The notes under the pieces were generated by a model. It saw nothing but the letters and a program-made list of their open reading frames with translations, was not told the origin of the DNA and did no database searches. Shown here piece by piece: positions 39,592 through 49,053 of a stretch of 64,000 bases of DNA. The DNA comes from Acidimicrobiaceae bacterium (lineage in GTDB: Bacteria; Actinomycetota; Acidimicrobiia; Acidimicrobiales; Bog-793), in assembly GCA_003159795.1 (NCBI GenBank), contig PLPK01000076.1:19331-83330 (forward strand). The letters run 5' to 3'. Each line of letters starts with the position of its first letter. Position 1 is the stretch's first letter. A program made the position numbers and the translations under genes.

Positions 39592-42279
39592 ATGCCAGCC
39601 GAAGACGAGCCCGCGATGGCACGCGCCCTCGGCCCGGAGGCGTCCTCCAATCCAGGTCCTGCGCAGGCCGAGGCGACAGGGCTTCCGCCCGGTCGTGTGA
39701 TCCGGATCCCCGACCACCCGCAGCTCGAGGGCCTCGAGGAACGCTGGGCCCCGCGATGGGACGAGTGGGGCACGCACCGCTTCAGCGCGACCACCGGGCG
39801 GGCCGACGTCTACTCGATCGACACGCCGCCGCCCACGGTGTCGGGGTCGCTGCACGTGGGGCACATCTTCTCGTTCACCCAGACCGACTTCATCGCCCGC
39901 TTCCAACGCATGCGCGGCAAGGACGTCTTCTATCCGATCGGGTGGGACGACAACGGCCTGCCGACCGAGCGCCGGGTCCAGAACCACTACGGGGTCCGCT
40001 GCGACCCGTCGGTGGCCTACGACCCCGACTTCTCCCCCCCGGCCACGCCGCCGAAGCACGCCCTCTCGATCTCCCGACCGAACTTCGTCGAGCTGTGCCA
40101 CAAGCTCACGGCCGAGGACGAGAAGGCCTTCGAGGCGCTGTTCCGCCGGATCGGGCTGAGCGTCGACTGGGAGACCCAGTACACGACGATCGGAGCGCTC
40201 GCCCAGCGGACCTCGCAATGCGCCTTCCTGCGGATGGTGGCTGGCGGCCACGCCTATCGCCAGGAGGCGCCGACACTGTGGGACGTCGACTTCCAGACCG
40301 CCGTCGCGCAGGCCGAGCTCGAAGACCGGGAGATCGAGGCGAAGTTCCACAGGCTGCGCTTCCGGTCGGCCAAGACGGGCGAGCCGATCGAGATCGACAC
40401 GACGCGCCCCGAACTCCTCCCCGCCTGCGTCGCCCTCGTCGCCAACCCCGACGACCCCCGCTACCGGGCGTTGCTCGGAACGAACGCCGTGACGCCGCTG
40501 TTCGGCGTCGAGGTGCCGATCCACGCCCACCCGCTCGCCGATCCGGAGAAGGGGTCGGGCATCGCCATGGTCTGCACGTTCGGCGACCTCACCGACGTCA
40601 CGTGGTGGCGCGACCTCGGTCTCGCCACCCGGACGATCGTGACCCGCGACGGCCGGCTCGGCCACGCCCCCTTCGGCTCCGCGGGCTGGGAATCCCGGGA
40701 CGCGGGGCGTGCCGCGACCCAGTACGCCGAGCTCGAGGGTCTGACCGCCCGCAAGGCCCAGGGTCGCATCGTCGAGCTCCTCGCGGCCTCGGGGGACCTC
40801 GTCGGCGAGCCGCGCTCGATCACGCACGCCGTCAACTTCTACGAGAAGGGCGAGCGCCCGCTGGAGATCGTCTCCTCGCGCCAGTGGTACGTCCGCACCC
40901 TCGAGCGGCGCGCCACGCTCATCTCGGCGGGCCGCCAGATCTCCTGGCACCCCGAGTTCATGCGCACCCGCTACGAGGCCTGGGTCGAGGGGCTCACCGG
41001 GGACTGGAACATCTCCCGCCAGCGCTACTTCGGCGTGCCCTTCCCCGTCTGGTACGCCGTGCGGGCCGACGGCTCGATCGATGACGCCAACCCGATCCTC
41101 GCCCAGGACAGCCAGCTCCCGCTCGACCCGGCGACCACCGTCCCCGACGGCTACGCGGCCGACCAGCGCGACCAACCGGGCGGCTTCGCCGCCGACCCGG
41201 ACGTGATGGACACCTGGGCGACGTCCTCGCTCAGCCCACACATCGCCGGGCACTGGGTCGACCGGCCGGAACTGTTTGCCCGGATCTTCCCGATGGACCT
41301 GCGCCCCCAAGCACACGAGATCATCCGGACGTGGCTGTTCTCCTCGGTCGTGCGGAGCGAGCTCGAGCACAACTGCGTGCCCTGGCACCACGTCGCGATC
41401 TCGGGGTGGATCGTCGACCCTGACCACAAGAAGATCTCGAAGTCCAAGGGGAACGTCGTCGTGCCGAGCGACTCGCTCGACGCCCACGGGACCGACGCCG
41501 TCCGCTACTGGGCGGCGTGCGCCCGCCTCGGCGTCGACACAACCTTCGATGACCAGCAGATGAAGATCGGGCGGCGCCTCGCCATCAAGATCCTCAACGC
41601 GACGAAATTCATCCTGCAACGGCTCACCGACGGGTCCCTCCCACTCGCCGAGGCCACCGGCGCGCAACCCAGCCACCCGCTCGACTTGGCGATGTTGAAG
41701 CGCCTGGCTGCGGTCGTCGCCGAGGCGACCGAGGCGTTCGAGAACTACGAGCACGCCCGGGCGCTCGAGCGGATCGAGCACTTCTTCTGGACCTTCTGTG
41801 ACGACTACCTCGAGCTCGTGAAGGGCCGCGCCTACGCCGAGGGGCCCGCCGCCGACTCGGCCCGTCAGGCCCTGCTGCTCGCGATCGACACCCAACTCCG
41901 CCTGTTCGCCCCGTTCCTGCCGTTCGCGACGGAGGAGGCGTGGTCCTGGAGCCACGAGGGATCAGTCCACTCGGCGTCGTGGCCCAGCGCCGACGAGCTC
42001 GCGACGAGTGCCGACGGGCCCGACGAGCGGCTGCTCGACGAGGTGGGAACGGTGCTCGCCGCGGTGCGGCGCGCGAAGACGGCGGCGAAACAGTCGATGC
42101 GCGCGCCCGTCGCCCGCCTCGCGGTGGCGGCACCCGCCGCCACGGTGGACCTTCTCCGGCTGGCCGCGGACGATCTCGCGACCGCCGGCGTCATCGACCG
42201 TGTCGAGTTCTCGCCCCGCGACGGCGAGATCGAGGTCACGGTCGAGCTCGCCGAGCCCGGCACCGACCCCGCCGGGTGA
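39592..42279 (+). CDS. valS: Valine--tRNA ligase
   Basis: 895 aa with PPPTVSGSLHVGH, an editing domain, KISKSKGN and a C-terminal coiled coil. Confidence 0.92.
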   Translation: MPAEDEPAMARALGPEASSNPGPAQAEATGLPPGRVIRIPDHPQLEGLEERWAPRWDEWGTHRFSATTGRADVYSIDTPPPTVSGSLHVGHIFSFTQTDFIARFQRMRGKDVFYPIGWDDNGLPTERRVQNHYGVRCDPSVAYDPDFSPPATPPKHALSISRPNFVELCHKLTAEDEKAFEALFRRIGLSVDWETQYTTIGALAQRTSQCAFLRMVAGGHAYRQEAPTLWDVDFQTAVAQAELEDREIEAKFHRLRFRSAKTGEPIEIDTTRPELLPACVALVANPDDPRYRALLGTNAVTPLFGVEVPIHAHPLADPEKGSGIAMVCTFGDLTDVTWWRDLGLATRTIVTRDGRLGHAPFGSAGWESRDAGRAATQYAELEGLTARKAQGRIVELLAASGDLVGEPRSITHAVNFYEKGERPLEIVSSRQWYVRTLERRATLISAGRQISWHPEFMRTRYEAWVEGLTGDWNISRQRYFGVPFPVWYAVRADGSIDDANPILAQDSQLPLDPATTVPDGYAADQRDQPGGFAADPDVMDTWATSSLSPHIAGHWVDRPELFARIFPMDLRPQAHEIIRTWLFSSVVRSELEHNCVPWHHVAISGWIVDPDHKKISKSKGNVVVPSDSLDAHGTDAVRYWAACARLGVDTTFDDQQMKIGRRLAIKILNATKFILQRLTDGSLPLAEATGAQPSHPLDLAMLKRLAAVVAEATEAFENYEHARALERIEHFFWTFCDDYLELVKGRAYAEGPAADSARQALLLAIDTQLRLFAPFLPFATEEAWSWSHEGSVHSASWPSADELATSADGPDERLLDEVGTVLAAVRRAKTAAKQSMRAPVARLAVAAPAATVDLLRLAADDLATAGVIDRVEFSPRDGEIEVTVELAEPGTDPAG

Positions 42280-42345
42280 GACGACCCGCGGGCGCTGCCG
42301 GGACACGTCCCTCGGCCTCTCCGCTAGGTTCGCAGGGACACCGCG

Positions 42346-42399
42346 ATGAACGCCAACCCGCACGAGACGCCGCCCCCGGGAACGGTCCCGTGGCCGTGA
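42346..42399 (+). promoter_or_regulatory. 17-codon upstream ORF (MNANPHETPPPGTVPWP) overlapping the ABC ATPase start
   Basis: ATG 42346. The TGA stop at 42397-42399 overlaps the GTG at 42396 chosen as the ATPase start (GTGA). The peptide contains a PPPG tract. Confidence 0.25.
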
Positions 42400-43391
42400 C
42401 CAGCCACCGGGCCGCGCCCGGGCCCCACGACGCCGAGAACGCCGACTGGGTCATCCGCACGGTCGACCTCACCAAGATCTACGCCGGCACCGACTTCCGC
42501 GCCGTCGACGACCTGAACCTCACGGTCCACAAGGGCGAGATCTTCGGCCTCCTGGGCCCGAACGGCGCCGGGAAGACGACGACGGCCGGGATGCTCACGA
42601 CCCGGGTCATCCCGACGTCGGGACGGGCCTTCGTCGCCGGCATCGACGTGGTCCGGCACCCCTCGCCCGCCAAGCAGCTGATCGGCGTCGTCTCGCAGAC
42701 GAACTCGCTCGACCGGCAACTCTCCGTCTGGGAGAACCTGTACTTCCACGGCCGACTCTTCGGCATGGGCGCGGCGGAGTCGCGTCGGACCGCCGACGAA
42801 CTCCTCGAGCGGTTCCAGCTCTCGAAGTGGGCCAGGGCGTCGGTCTACGCGCTCAGTGGCGGGATGGCCCAGCGGCTCATGGTCGCCCGCTCGATCTTCC
42901 ACCGGCCGGCGGTCCTTTTCATGGACGAGCCGACGGCCGGGCTCGACCCGCAGAGCCGCCTCGCGCTGTGGGGCCTGTTGCAGGAGCTGAACGCCGACGG
43001 CCAGACGATCCTTCTCACGACGCATTACATGGAGGAGGCGGACCGGCTCTGCGGCCGGGTGGCGATCATGGACCACGGCAGGGTCCTCGCCCTCGACACC
43101 CCGGCGGAGCTCAAGCGGACCGTCGGCGCCGACACGATCGTCACGGTTAGAGCGACCGGTGATCAGGAACTGCTCGCGGCCGCGCTCACCGCCGAGATCG
43201 GGGGCGTCACCCGCACGCGCCATACCGAGGCCGGCCTCGAACTGCACGTCCGGGGCGGGACCAGGCTCGTCGCCCGGGTCGCCGCCGCGGCCGAGGCGGG
43301 CGGCTTCGGCGTCGTCGACCTGGCGGTCACCGAACCGAGCCTCGAAACGGTCTTCATCAACCTCACCGGCCGGGAGCTGCGGGAGCAGTGA
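42396..43391 (+). CDS. ABC transporter ATP-binding protein (DrrA/NodI-like)
   Basis: Walker A GPNGAGKTT, signature LSGGMAQRL and Walker B LFMDEPTAGLD. The start codon is uncertain. Confidence 0.85.
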   Translation: MTSHRAAPGPHDAENADWVIRTVDLTKIYAGTDFRAVDDLNLTVHKGEIFGLLGPNGAGKTTTAGMLTTRVIPTSGRAFVAGIDVVRHPSPAKQLIGVVSQTNSLDRQLSVWENLYFHGRLFGMGAAESRRTADELLERFQLSKWARASVYALSGGMAQRLMVARSIFHRPAVLFMDEPTAGLDPQSRLALWGLLQELNADGQTILLTTHYMEEADRLCGRVAIMDHGRVLALDTPAELKRTVGADTIVTVRATGDQELLAAALTAEIGGVTRTRHTEAGLELHVRGGTRLVARVAAAAEAGGFGVVDLAVTEPSLETVFINLTGRELREQ

Positions 43392-44269
43392 GCGACCACC
43401 CCGTCGGCCCCGTCCACGTCCCCGTCGCCACCCGGCCCCGGCGCACGACGCTCGCCGCCAGCCGGACGGCGCTGCGGGCGCTACTCCTGCGCGACTTCAC
43501 CGTCTTGCGCAAGAACATGTTCGAGTTCACGATCCGCACGCTCGTGCAGCCGTTCCTCCTCTGTTTCGTCTTCCTCTACGTCTTCCCCAAGATCGGCCAG
43601 TCGGTCGGGGGTTCGGGGACAACCCACGGCGAGTCCTCGTTCGCGACGGTCCTCGTGCCCGGGGTCGTCGGGATCTCGATCATGTTCCAGGGCGTGCAGT
43701 CGGTCGCCCTCCAGCTCTCCCAGGAGTTCGGGTTCACCCGCGAGATCGAGGACCGCGTCCAGGCGCCGTGCCCGATCTGGCTGGTCGCCATCGCCAAGGT
43801 GCTCTCCGGGGCCATCCAGGGGATGATCTCGGCGGCCATCGTCCTGCCGATCGCCTCGCTCGTCCACGCCGCCGGGGTCGAGGCCCAGATCAACCTGCAC
43901 TGGTGGATCATCCTCACGCTCGTGCCCATCTCGTGCGCCGCCATGGCCTCGCTCGGCCTCGTGCTCGGCACGAGCTTCGAGCCGCGCAACATCGGCCTCA
44001 TGTTCGGCTTCGTCATCCTGCCGGTCACATTCCTCGGCGGTACCTACTATCCCTGGACGCGGCTCGCGCCCGTGAAGCTCGGCGCCTGGCACTGGTTGCA
44101 GACCGTCGTGCTCGTCAACCCGCTCATCTACGTGAACGAGGGGATGCGCGCCGCCTTCACGGCCTCGCCGCACCTCCACCTCTACGTCGTCTACCCGGCG
44201 CTCCTCGGGTTCTGCGCGGCGTTCCTCGCGATCGGCTTGCACAACTTCCGCCGGCGGGTGCTCTCCTGA
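43388..44269 (+). CDS. ABC-2 type transporter permease
   Basis: Six TM segments with ABC-2 family topology. 4-nt overlap with the ATPase gene. Confidence 0.8.
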   Translation: MSDHPVGPVHVPVATRPRRTTLAASRTALRALLLRDFTVLRKNMFEFTIRTLVQPFLLCFVFLYVFPKIGQSVGGSGTTHGESSFATVLVPGVVGISIMFQGVQSVALQLSQEFGFTREIEDRVQAPCPIWLVAIAKVLSGAIQGMISAAIVLPIASLVHAAGVEAQINLHWWIILTLVPISCAAMASLGLVLGTSFEPRNIGLMFGFVILPVTFLGGTYYPWTRLAPVKLGAWHWLQTVVLVNPLIYVNEGMRAAFTASPHLHLYVVYPALLGFCAAFLAIGLHNFRRRVLS

Positions 44270-44287
44270 GGTTCCCGGGGATCCCGC

Positions 44288-44947
44288 CTAGCGGGTGAGC
44301 GCCGAGTCGGCGGCGCCCGCGTAGAGCTCGCAGGCGCGCCAGCAGTACCAGGCGGCGACCGACCGGTACGGCCGGAAGGCGTCGCCCAACGGCTCGAGCT
44401 CACGCGCCGTCGGCGGAGAGATCCGCCAAGCGAGCCCGTAACCCCGCCGCACGCCTAGGTCCCCGGTCGGCCAGACGTCGAGGCGGCGCAGCTGGAACAT
44501 GAGGAACATCTGCGCCGTCCACTCGCCGATCCCGCGCACCATCGACAGGTGCCCGACGATCTCCGCGTCGCTCGCCCGGCCGAGGCGCCGCCGGTCGAGA
44601 TCGACCGTCCCGTCGAGCACCTTGGTCGCGAGGTCCCGCAACGACAACGTCTTGTTACGGCTGAGCCCGACCCCGCGCAGCGCCTCGTCGGAGAGCGCGA
44701 GGAGCGCGGCGGGATCGTCGGCGTCGCCCATCGCGGCGACAAGCCGGCCGTGGATCGCCGCCGCGGCCGGCCCGGCCAGCTGCTGGTAGAGGATCGAACG
44801 CGACAGCGCGGCGAAAGCGGTCTCGGACGGGCGCCGGAACGTCGGTGGACCCGCCGCCTCGATGAGCGAACCGAGCACCTGGTCCCGGGTGGCGAGCTCG
44901 ACGGCGGCGGCGCGGTGGGACGGGCGGGCGGGCCGGGGTGTGGTCAC
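44288..44947 (-). CDS. alkA: DNA-3-methyladenine glycosylase II (HhH-GPD, AlkA-like)
   Basis: HhH-GPD motif MVRGIGEWTAQMFLMF followed by the catalytic-Asp region WPTGDLGVRRG. Confidence 0.8.
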   Translation of the reverse strand: MTTPRPARPSHRAAAVELATRDQVLGSLIEAAGPPTFRRPSETAFAALSRSILYQQLAGPAAAAIHGRLVAAMGDADDPAALLALSDEALRGVGLSRNKTLSLRDLATKVLDGTVDLDRRRLGRASDAEIVGHLSMVRGIGEWTAQMFLMFQLRRLDVWPTGDLGVRRGYGLAWRISPPTARELEPLGDAFRPYRSVAAWYCWRACELYAGAADSALTR

Positions 44948-45029
44948 CCCAAGAGTCTGCCCGGCGCGGCAACCCCCTAACAGACCACCCGACGCGGCCG
45001 GTCCGCCGGCGGGGCGCGATGATCAGGCC

Positions 45030-45374
45030 ATGGTCGCGATGACGACCGAGCGGTTCGAGGAGCTCGTCGCCTCGGCGCTCGACAGCCTGCCGGAGAGCCT
45101 CGGGCGCCAGATGGAGAACGTCTCGGTCCGGGTCGACCCGTACGCGCCGGCGGGCAGGCTCTTCGGCCTCTACGAGGGGATCCCGCTCACGCAACGCGGC
45201 ATCAACTACTCGGCGGTGCTGCCGGACCGGATCACGATCTTCATGCGCAGCATCTGCGCGAGCTGCCGGAGTGAGACCGAGGTCACGGAGGTCGTGCGCC
45301 GGACCGTGATCCACGAGGTCGCCCACCACTTCGGGATCAGCGACGCCCGTCTCTCCGAGCTCGGCTGGGCCTGA
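45030..45374 (+). CDS. Zincin-like metallopeptidase family protein (DUF1025)
   Basis: 114 aa with VIHEVAHHFG (HExxH) and a conserved N-terminal FEELVASALDSLP. Confidence 0.75.
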   Translation: MVAMTTERFEELVASALDSLPESLGRQMENVSVRVDPYAPAGRLFGLYEGIPLTQRGINYSAVLPDRITIFMRSICASCRSETEVTEVVRRTVIHEVAHHFGISDARLSELGWA

Positions 45375-45426
45375 CCGGCCAAACCGCCCGCGGGCACGGC
45401 GAACCTCGAACCCGAAAGCCGCCTCC

Positions 45427-45855
45427 CTACGGGCCGGGCTTCTCGGTAAGGCGTGCCCGGATCTGCTCGGCGACCTCGGCCGTGGTGGAGGGCACCGCGA
45501 ACGTGATGAGCGCCCACTCGTCGCAGGGCTCAAAGCCGACACGGTCGTCGTGGAGCACGTACGTCCCGTCGTCGAGGGTGCGGAACCCGACGAGGAGGTG
45601 CGCCTCGTGGATCCCGAGGAACTTCGCCGCCTTGTCCAGCAGAGCGAAGATGTCGTTTCTCGACGCGAAACTCCAGCGGTAGCGGTCCCCCCGGCGCTCG
45701 ATGAGGATCTCGGCATCGATTGTCACCGCCGCGACGACCGCCTCGCAGACGGCATCGATCGGCGAGAACGTGAAGGCGCTCTCGAGCAGCCCGACCCGGT
45801 TGGGTTCCGACGGTGTCTCCGGGGAGGTGGTCACTGGTCGTTTCTCATCTCTCAC
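45427..45855 (-). CDS. Hypothetical protein
   Basis: 142-aa ORF with a GTG start and strongly GC-biased third positions. No recognisable motif. Confidence 0.55.
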   Translation of the reverse strand: MRDEKRPVTTSPETPSEPNRVGLLESAFTFSPIDAVCEAVVAAVTIDAEILIERRGDRYRWSFASRNDIFALLDKAAKFLGIHEAHLLVGFRTLDDGTYVLHDDRVGFEPCDEWALITFAVPSTTAEVAEQIRARLTEKPGP

Positions 45856-45979
45856 CGTTCTATCGCGCGAAACCGCGTCGCACGGCGGCAGTGGCCGATC
45901 GGGGAGGGCGAACCTGCCCTCCCAGCTCTGGCGGGGTGGCTGGTTCCATTATCGCAGGACGTCCGGTCTCGCTCGACGC

Positions 45980-46795
45980 TCACGCCGCCTGTTCACCCGC
46001 CTCGGACCCCAACCGCCCGAGGATCGCGGCCGCCGCCCTCTGGATGCGCCCGCAGGAGGCCCGGACGGCGGCGACCGCCTGTTCACCGCCGCCCGCCCAC
46101 GTCGCGACGTACCCGAACGAGTAGTCGCCGCTGTCGACGCCGAGCGCGCGGCACACGACGTAGGCGGTCGATTCGGCCTCGAGCTCGGCGAGTGCCCGGT
46201 CCGCGAAGCCCTCGTGGAGGAGGGCGTGGGCCAGCTCGTGGGCGAGGGTCTTCAACCGCTGGGCCGGCGCGTTGCGGGTCTCGATCCGGATACGACGGTC
46301 GTCGTGGGAGCAGTCGCCGTTGATGCTCCCCGCCAGGACGTGGTCCTCGACGGCGAAACCAAGCGATCCGGCGACCTCGACCAGCCGGGCGAAGTGCCCA
46401 TCCGGGTCGTCGCCGACGAGTTGGTTGCAGACTGACGGCAGCTCGGCCCCGTCGGTCTGCGCGACGTCGAAGACCGGCACGAACTTGAAACCCCGCACGA
46501 CGCGCTCGGATTCGTCCTCGACGAGGCCCTGGGGCCGGTAGACGATGGGCGCGAGAATCCAGATCGCCTTCTCCCCGGCACGGACGAACCGGCCGAGGCC
46601 CCGCCACGCCCGAAAGCCCGCCACCTGTGTCGCGCCCGGGCACTGGGCGGCGATGAGGAGCACGTTGTTGAAGCTGTAGCGGTGGAACCGGCTCTGGAAC
46701 TCGAGGTAGCGCCGCCACTCGCCCGATGTCGTTAGACGGGCGATCCCCTCGGCTAGCTGGTTGATGCATTTCGCGTGCCTGTCGCTGCCGGTCAC
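45980..46795 (-). CDS. ArdC-like ssDNA-binding / metalloprotease protein
   Basis: N-terminal ArdC/DUF1738 pattern (WRRYLEFQSRFHRYSFNNVLLIAAQCPGATQVAGFRAWRGLGRFVRAGEKAIWILAP) and a C-terminal HExxH (LAHELAHALLHE). The start is uncertain because the upstream ORF part is Pro/Arg-rich. Confidence 0.7.
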   Translation of the reverse strand: MTGSDRHAKCINQLAEGIARLTTSGEWRRYLEFQSRFHRYSFNNVLLIAAQCPGATQVAGFRAWRGLGRFVRAGEKAIWILAPIVYRPQGLVEDESERVVRGFKFVPVFDVAQTDGAELPSVCNQLVGDDPDGHFARLVEVAGSLGFAVEDHVLAGSINGDCSHDDRRIRIETRNAPAQRLKTLAHELAHALLHEGFADRALAELEAESTAYVVCRALGVDSGDYSFGYVATWAGGGEQAVAAVRASCGRIQRAAAAILGRLGSEAGEQAA

Positions 46796-47115
46796 GTGCC
46801 TGTCCCTCCCTGTCGAGCCAGTGCGGAACACCCCGGGACATCGGGGTGGAGCGGCCCGACGGCCCGCCGGGACGGGCCACCGCGGGTGCGGCGGTCGTGG
46901 CGGAGCTCCGGCGGGTGACGCCGATACAGGGACGCTGGGGGGAACGACCGATCGCCATGCCGGCAGCGACATCCCGGCAGGCGCGGTGAGAAGGGATCAG
47001 CGCGGTGACCCGATTGCGGTCGACACGCTAGGTGCGGCCAGTGACATTCCGCGCCCCTGGCGACGGGGGGCGGCGCCGGGTCCGGCGCGGCCCTCAGCTC
47101 AGTGCTGCGGGAGCC

Positions 47116-48288
47116 TCAGGCGCTCCGCGCGATCGACGCTCCCAGGTGGCGGGCGATGATCGCCATCCGCATCGGGATCATGTTCGCCATCTGCTCGACG
47201 TCTTTCATCCTCGGGTCCGAGTCGACGCTCGGATCCAGCTCGTCCCGGCGGGGGCGCGGGTGCAGCACCATGCTGTCCGGCGCCATCTGCTGGATCCGGT
47301 CGTAGTCGACGATCCAGCTCGCGTAGTCACGGGCCAGCTGCTCGGCGCGCACGATCTCCGCCGGGTCCTCCCCCGTGTACTCGTCCGGGTTGCGGCCGAG
47401 GTACAGGACGTCCGTCTCGTGCATCGCCGCGTCGAGGTCGCCGGTCCTCGTCAGGCGGTCGCCGAGCAGCTCGACGAGCGCGCGGGGCACTCGGGCCGCG
47501 GGCGACTCCACGGCGACGATCTTCATGCCCAGCGTCGCGGCCCCGATCATGAGGGAGTGGTGCGCCCGGTACCGCTCCTGGTCGCCGACCACCGTGATGA
47601 CCAGCCCGTCGAAGTGCTCGAACTTCTTGTGCACGGTGAACAGGTCGCCGAGGGCCTGGGTCGGGTGCTCGTTGTGCCCGTCGCCGAGGTTGATGACCGG
47701 CACGACCCGTACCAGCTGCCCGTACTCGAAGGCCTTGGCGATGACCTGGGCCGCGAAGGCCGGACCCCCGTTCTCGGCGGTCCGGATGCCCAATAGGTCC
47801 GCCTGGGTCGCGAACGCCACCCAGGAATCCGCGAGCGACTCCCCCTTCGCCTCCGAGGAGCTGCTCATACCGCTGATCAGCTCGGCGGAGCCGCCGAGCT
47901 TCCGCATCGCCGAGGTGCAGCTGCCGCCGGTCCGGGTCGACGGCTGCCGCATGATCGCCTTCATGACGGCGCGGGGCAGGAGCGGCACGCCGCGGCGCTC
48001 GGGGTCCCGGATGGCACGCTCGGCGGCGTAGGCCTCGTCGAGGTAGATCGCGATGTCGTCGGCAGACAGCTGGTGCATCGAGAGCAGGTTCTTGCCCGAG
48101 GCGTCGCCGTCGATCGGTTGGCTCACCGCGGACAGGTCAATCACTTCCACCGTCTCGGTTGCGGCCTTCTTCTTCTCCCTGGGCATGAGGCTCCAGTCAA
48201 ACGTGTCGATACGGGCTTCCGCCCCGCCGTCGGTCATGTCGGACAAGCCGGCGATCGGTCCACCACGACGGCTTCGCCATCCCGTCAT
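47116..48288 (-). CDS. Divergent aspartate/ornithine carbamoyltransferase-family protein (ATCase-like, paralog 3)
   Basis: QPSTRTGGS (degenerate STRTR), KGESLADS, GDGHNEHPTQALGDL and LHPRPRRDEL. It has an N-terminal extension of about 60-80 aa. Confidence 0.7.
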   Translation of the reverse strand: MTGWRSRRGGPIAGLSDMTDGGAEARIDTFDWSLMPREKKKAATETVEVIDLSAVSQPIDGDASGKNLLSMHQLSADDIAIYLDEAYAAERAIRDPERRGVPLLPRAVMKAIMRQPSTRTGGSCTSAMRKLGGSAELISGMSSSSEAKGESLADSWVAFATQADLLGIRTAENGGPAFAAQVIAKAFEYGQLVRVVPVINLGDGHNEHPTQALGDLFTVHKKFEHFDGLVITVVGDQERYRAHHSLMIGAATLGMKIVAVESPAARVPRALVELLGDRLTRTGDLDAAMHETDVLYLGRNPDEYTGEDPAEIVRAEQLARDYASWIVDYDRIQQMAPDSMVLHPRPRRDELDPSVDSDPRMKDVEQMANMIPMRMAIIARHLGASIARSA

Positions 48289-48472
48289 CCCAGGATCCTG
48301 GCCTGGAACCTCGGTTTCTCCGCGGTGATGCGAATCGCACGTGACGCTCCGACGGGGTCGGTCGTCGTCAGGCTAATTGCGTCCTGGGCGCGGATGGGGA
48401 ACAACTCTCGGTGACTTGCGGCCAGGTGAGCGCGCGCCCCCACGATCGTCGCGGACTGCCGGACCAGCTGGC

Positions 48473-48934
48473 CTAGAGATCGGTCACGTCGGCGATCGGC
48501 ACCGAGTTCTGCCCCCAGTCCGATCCCTCGGCCCAGGTCTCGCGCTTCCAGATCGGCACCGTCGCCTTGACCATGTCGAGAGCGCGCCGGGCCGCCTCGA
48601 GGGCGTCGGAACGGTGCGGGGTGCCGACGATCACCGCCACCGAAACCTCGCCGACTCGGAGCACACCCACACGGTGCAAAAGCGCGATCCGGCGCACCTC
48701 GGGGAATCGGGCCCGCACGGCGTCGGCGACCTCCACCATCTTGGTGGTGACGTAGGCCTCGTAGGCCTCGTACTCCAGGCTGACCACGCCGGGACGGCCC
48801 TCGGAGGCGTCGCGCACCGAGCCGCAGAACGCTACGACCGCCCCGCAGTCCGGCCGGGACGCCCAGGCCAGCGCCTCCGCTACCGGCAGTTCGTCGGCCG
48901 AGACGGCGATCCAGCTGTCCTTTTCACCCGTCAT
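48473..48934 (-). CDS. moaE: Molybdopterin synthase catalytic subunit
   Basis: 153 aa. GAVVAFCGSVRD, LEYEAYE, VGEVSVAVIVGTPHR and PIWKRE are typical of MoaE. Confidence 0.85.
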   Translation of the reverse strand: MTGEKDSWIAVSADELPVAEALAWASRPDCGAVVAFCGSVRDASEGRPGVVSLEYEAYEAYVTTKMVEVADAVRARFPEVRRIALLHRVGVLRVGEVSVAVIVGTPHRSDALEAARRALDMVKATVPIWKRETWAEGSDWGQNSVPIADVTDL

Positions 48935-49053
48935 CGCGAATCGATCGTAGGCCGGACGACCCGCCGCGCAACCGCCGGCGGGGCTGGCGCCGGCAGGCCT
49001 GCGGCCCAGCGCGCGGATGGCACCCTACCGGCTCCACCCTTACGCTCTCTGGC

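Noticed and set aside
39370-41955. Very long ORFs antisense or out of frame to recognised genes. Examples are 861 aa opposite valS, 967 aa opposite the xdh large subunit (49965-52868), 584 aa opposite the aminotransferase (5187-6941), 552 aa opposite metH (10997-12655), and 674 aa overlapping the MBOAT gene.
   Set aside because: Their translations are Arg/Gly/Pro/Asp-rich and low in complexity, with no motifs. They fully overlap genes that have clear family signatures. Long spurious ORFs are expected in DNA of roughly 70% GC because stop codons are rare.
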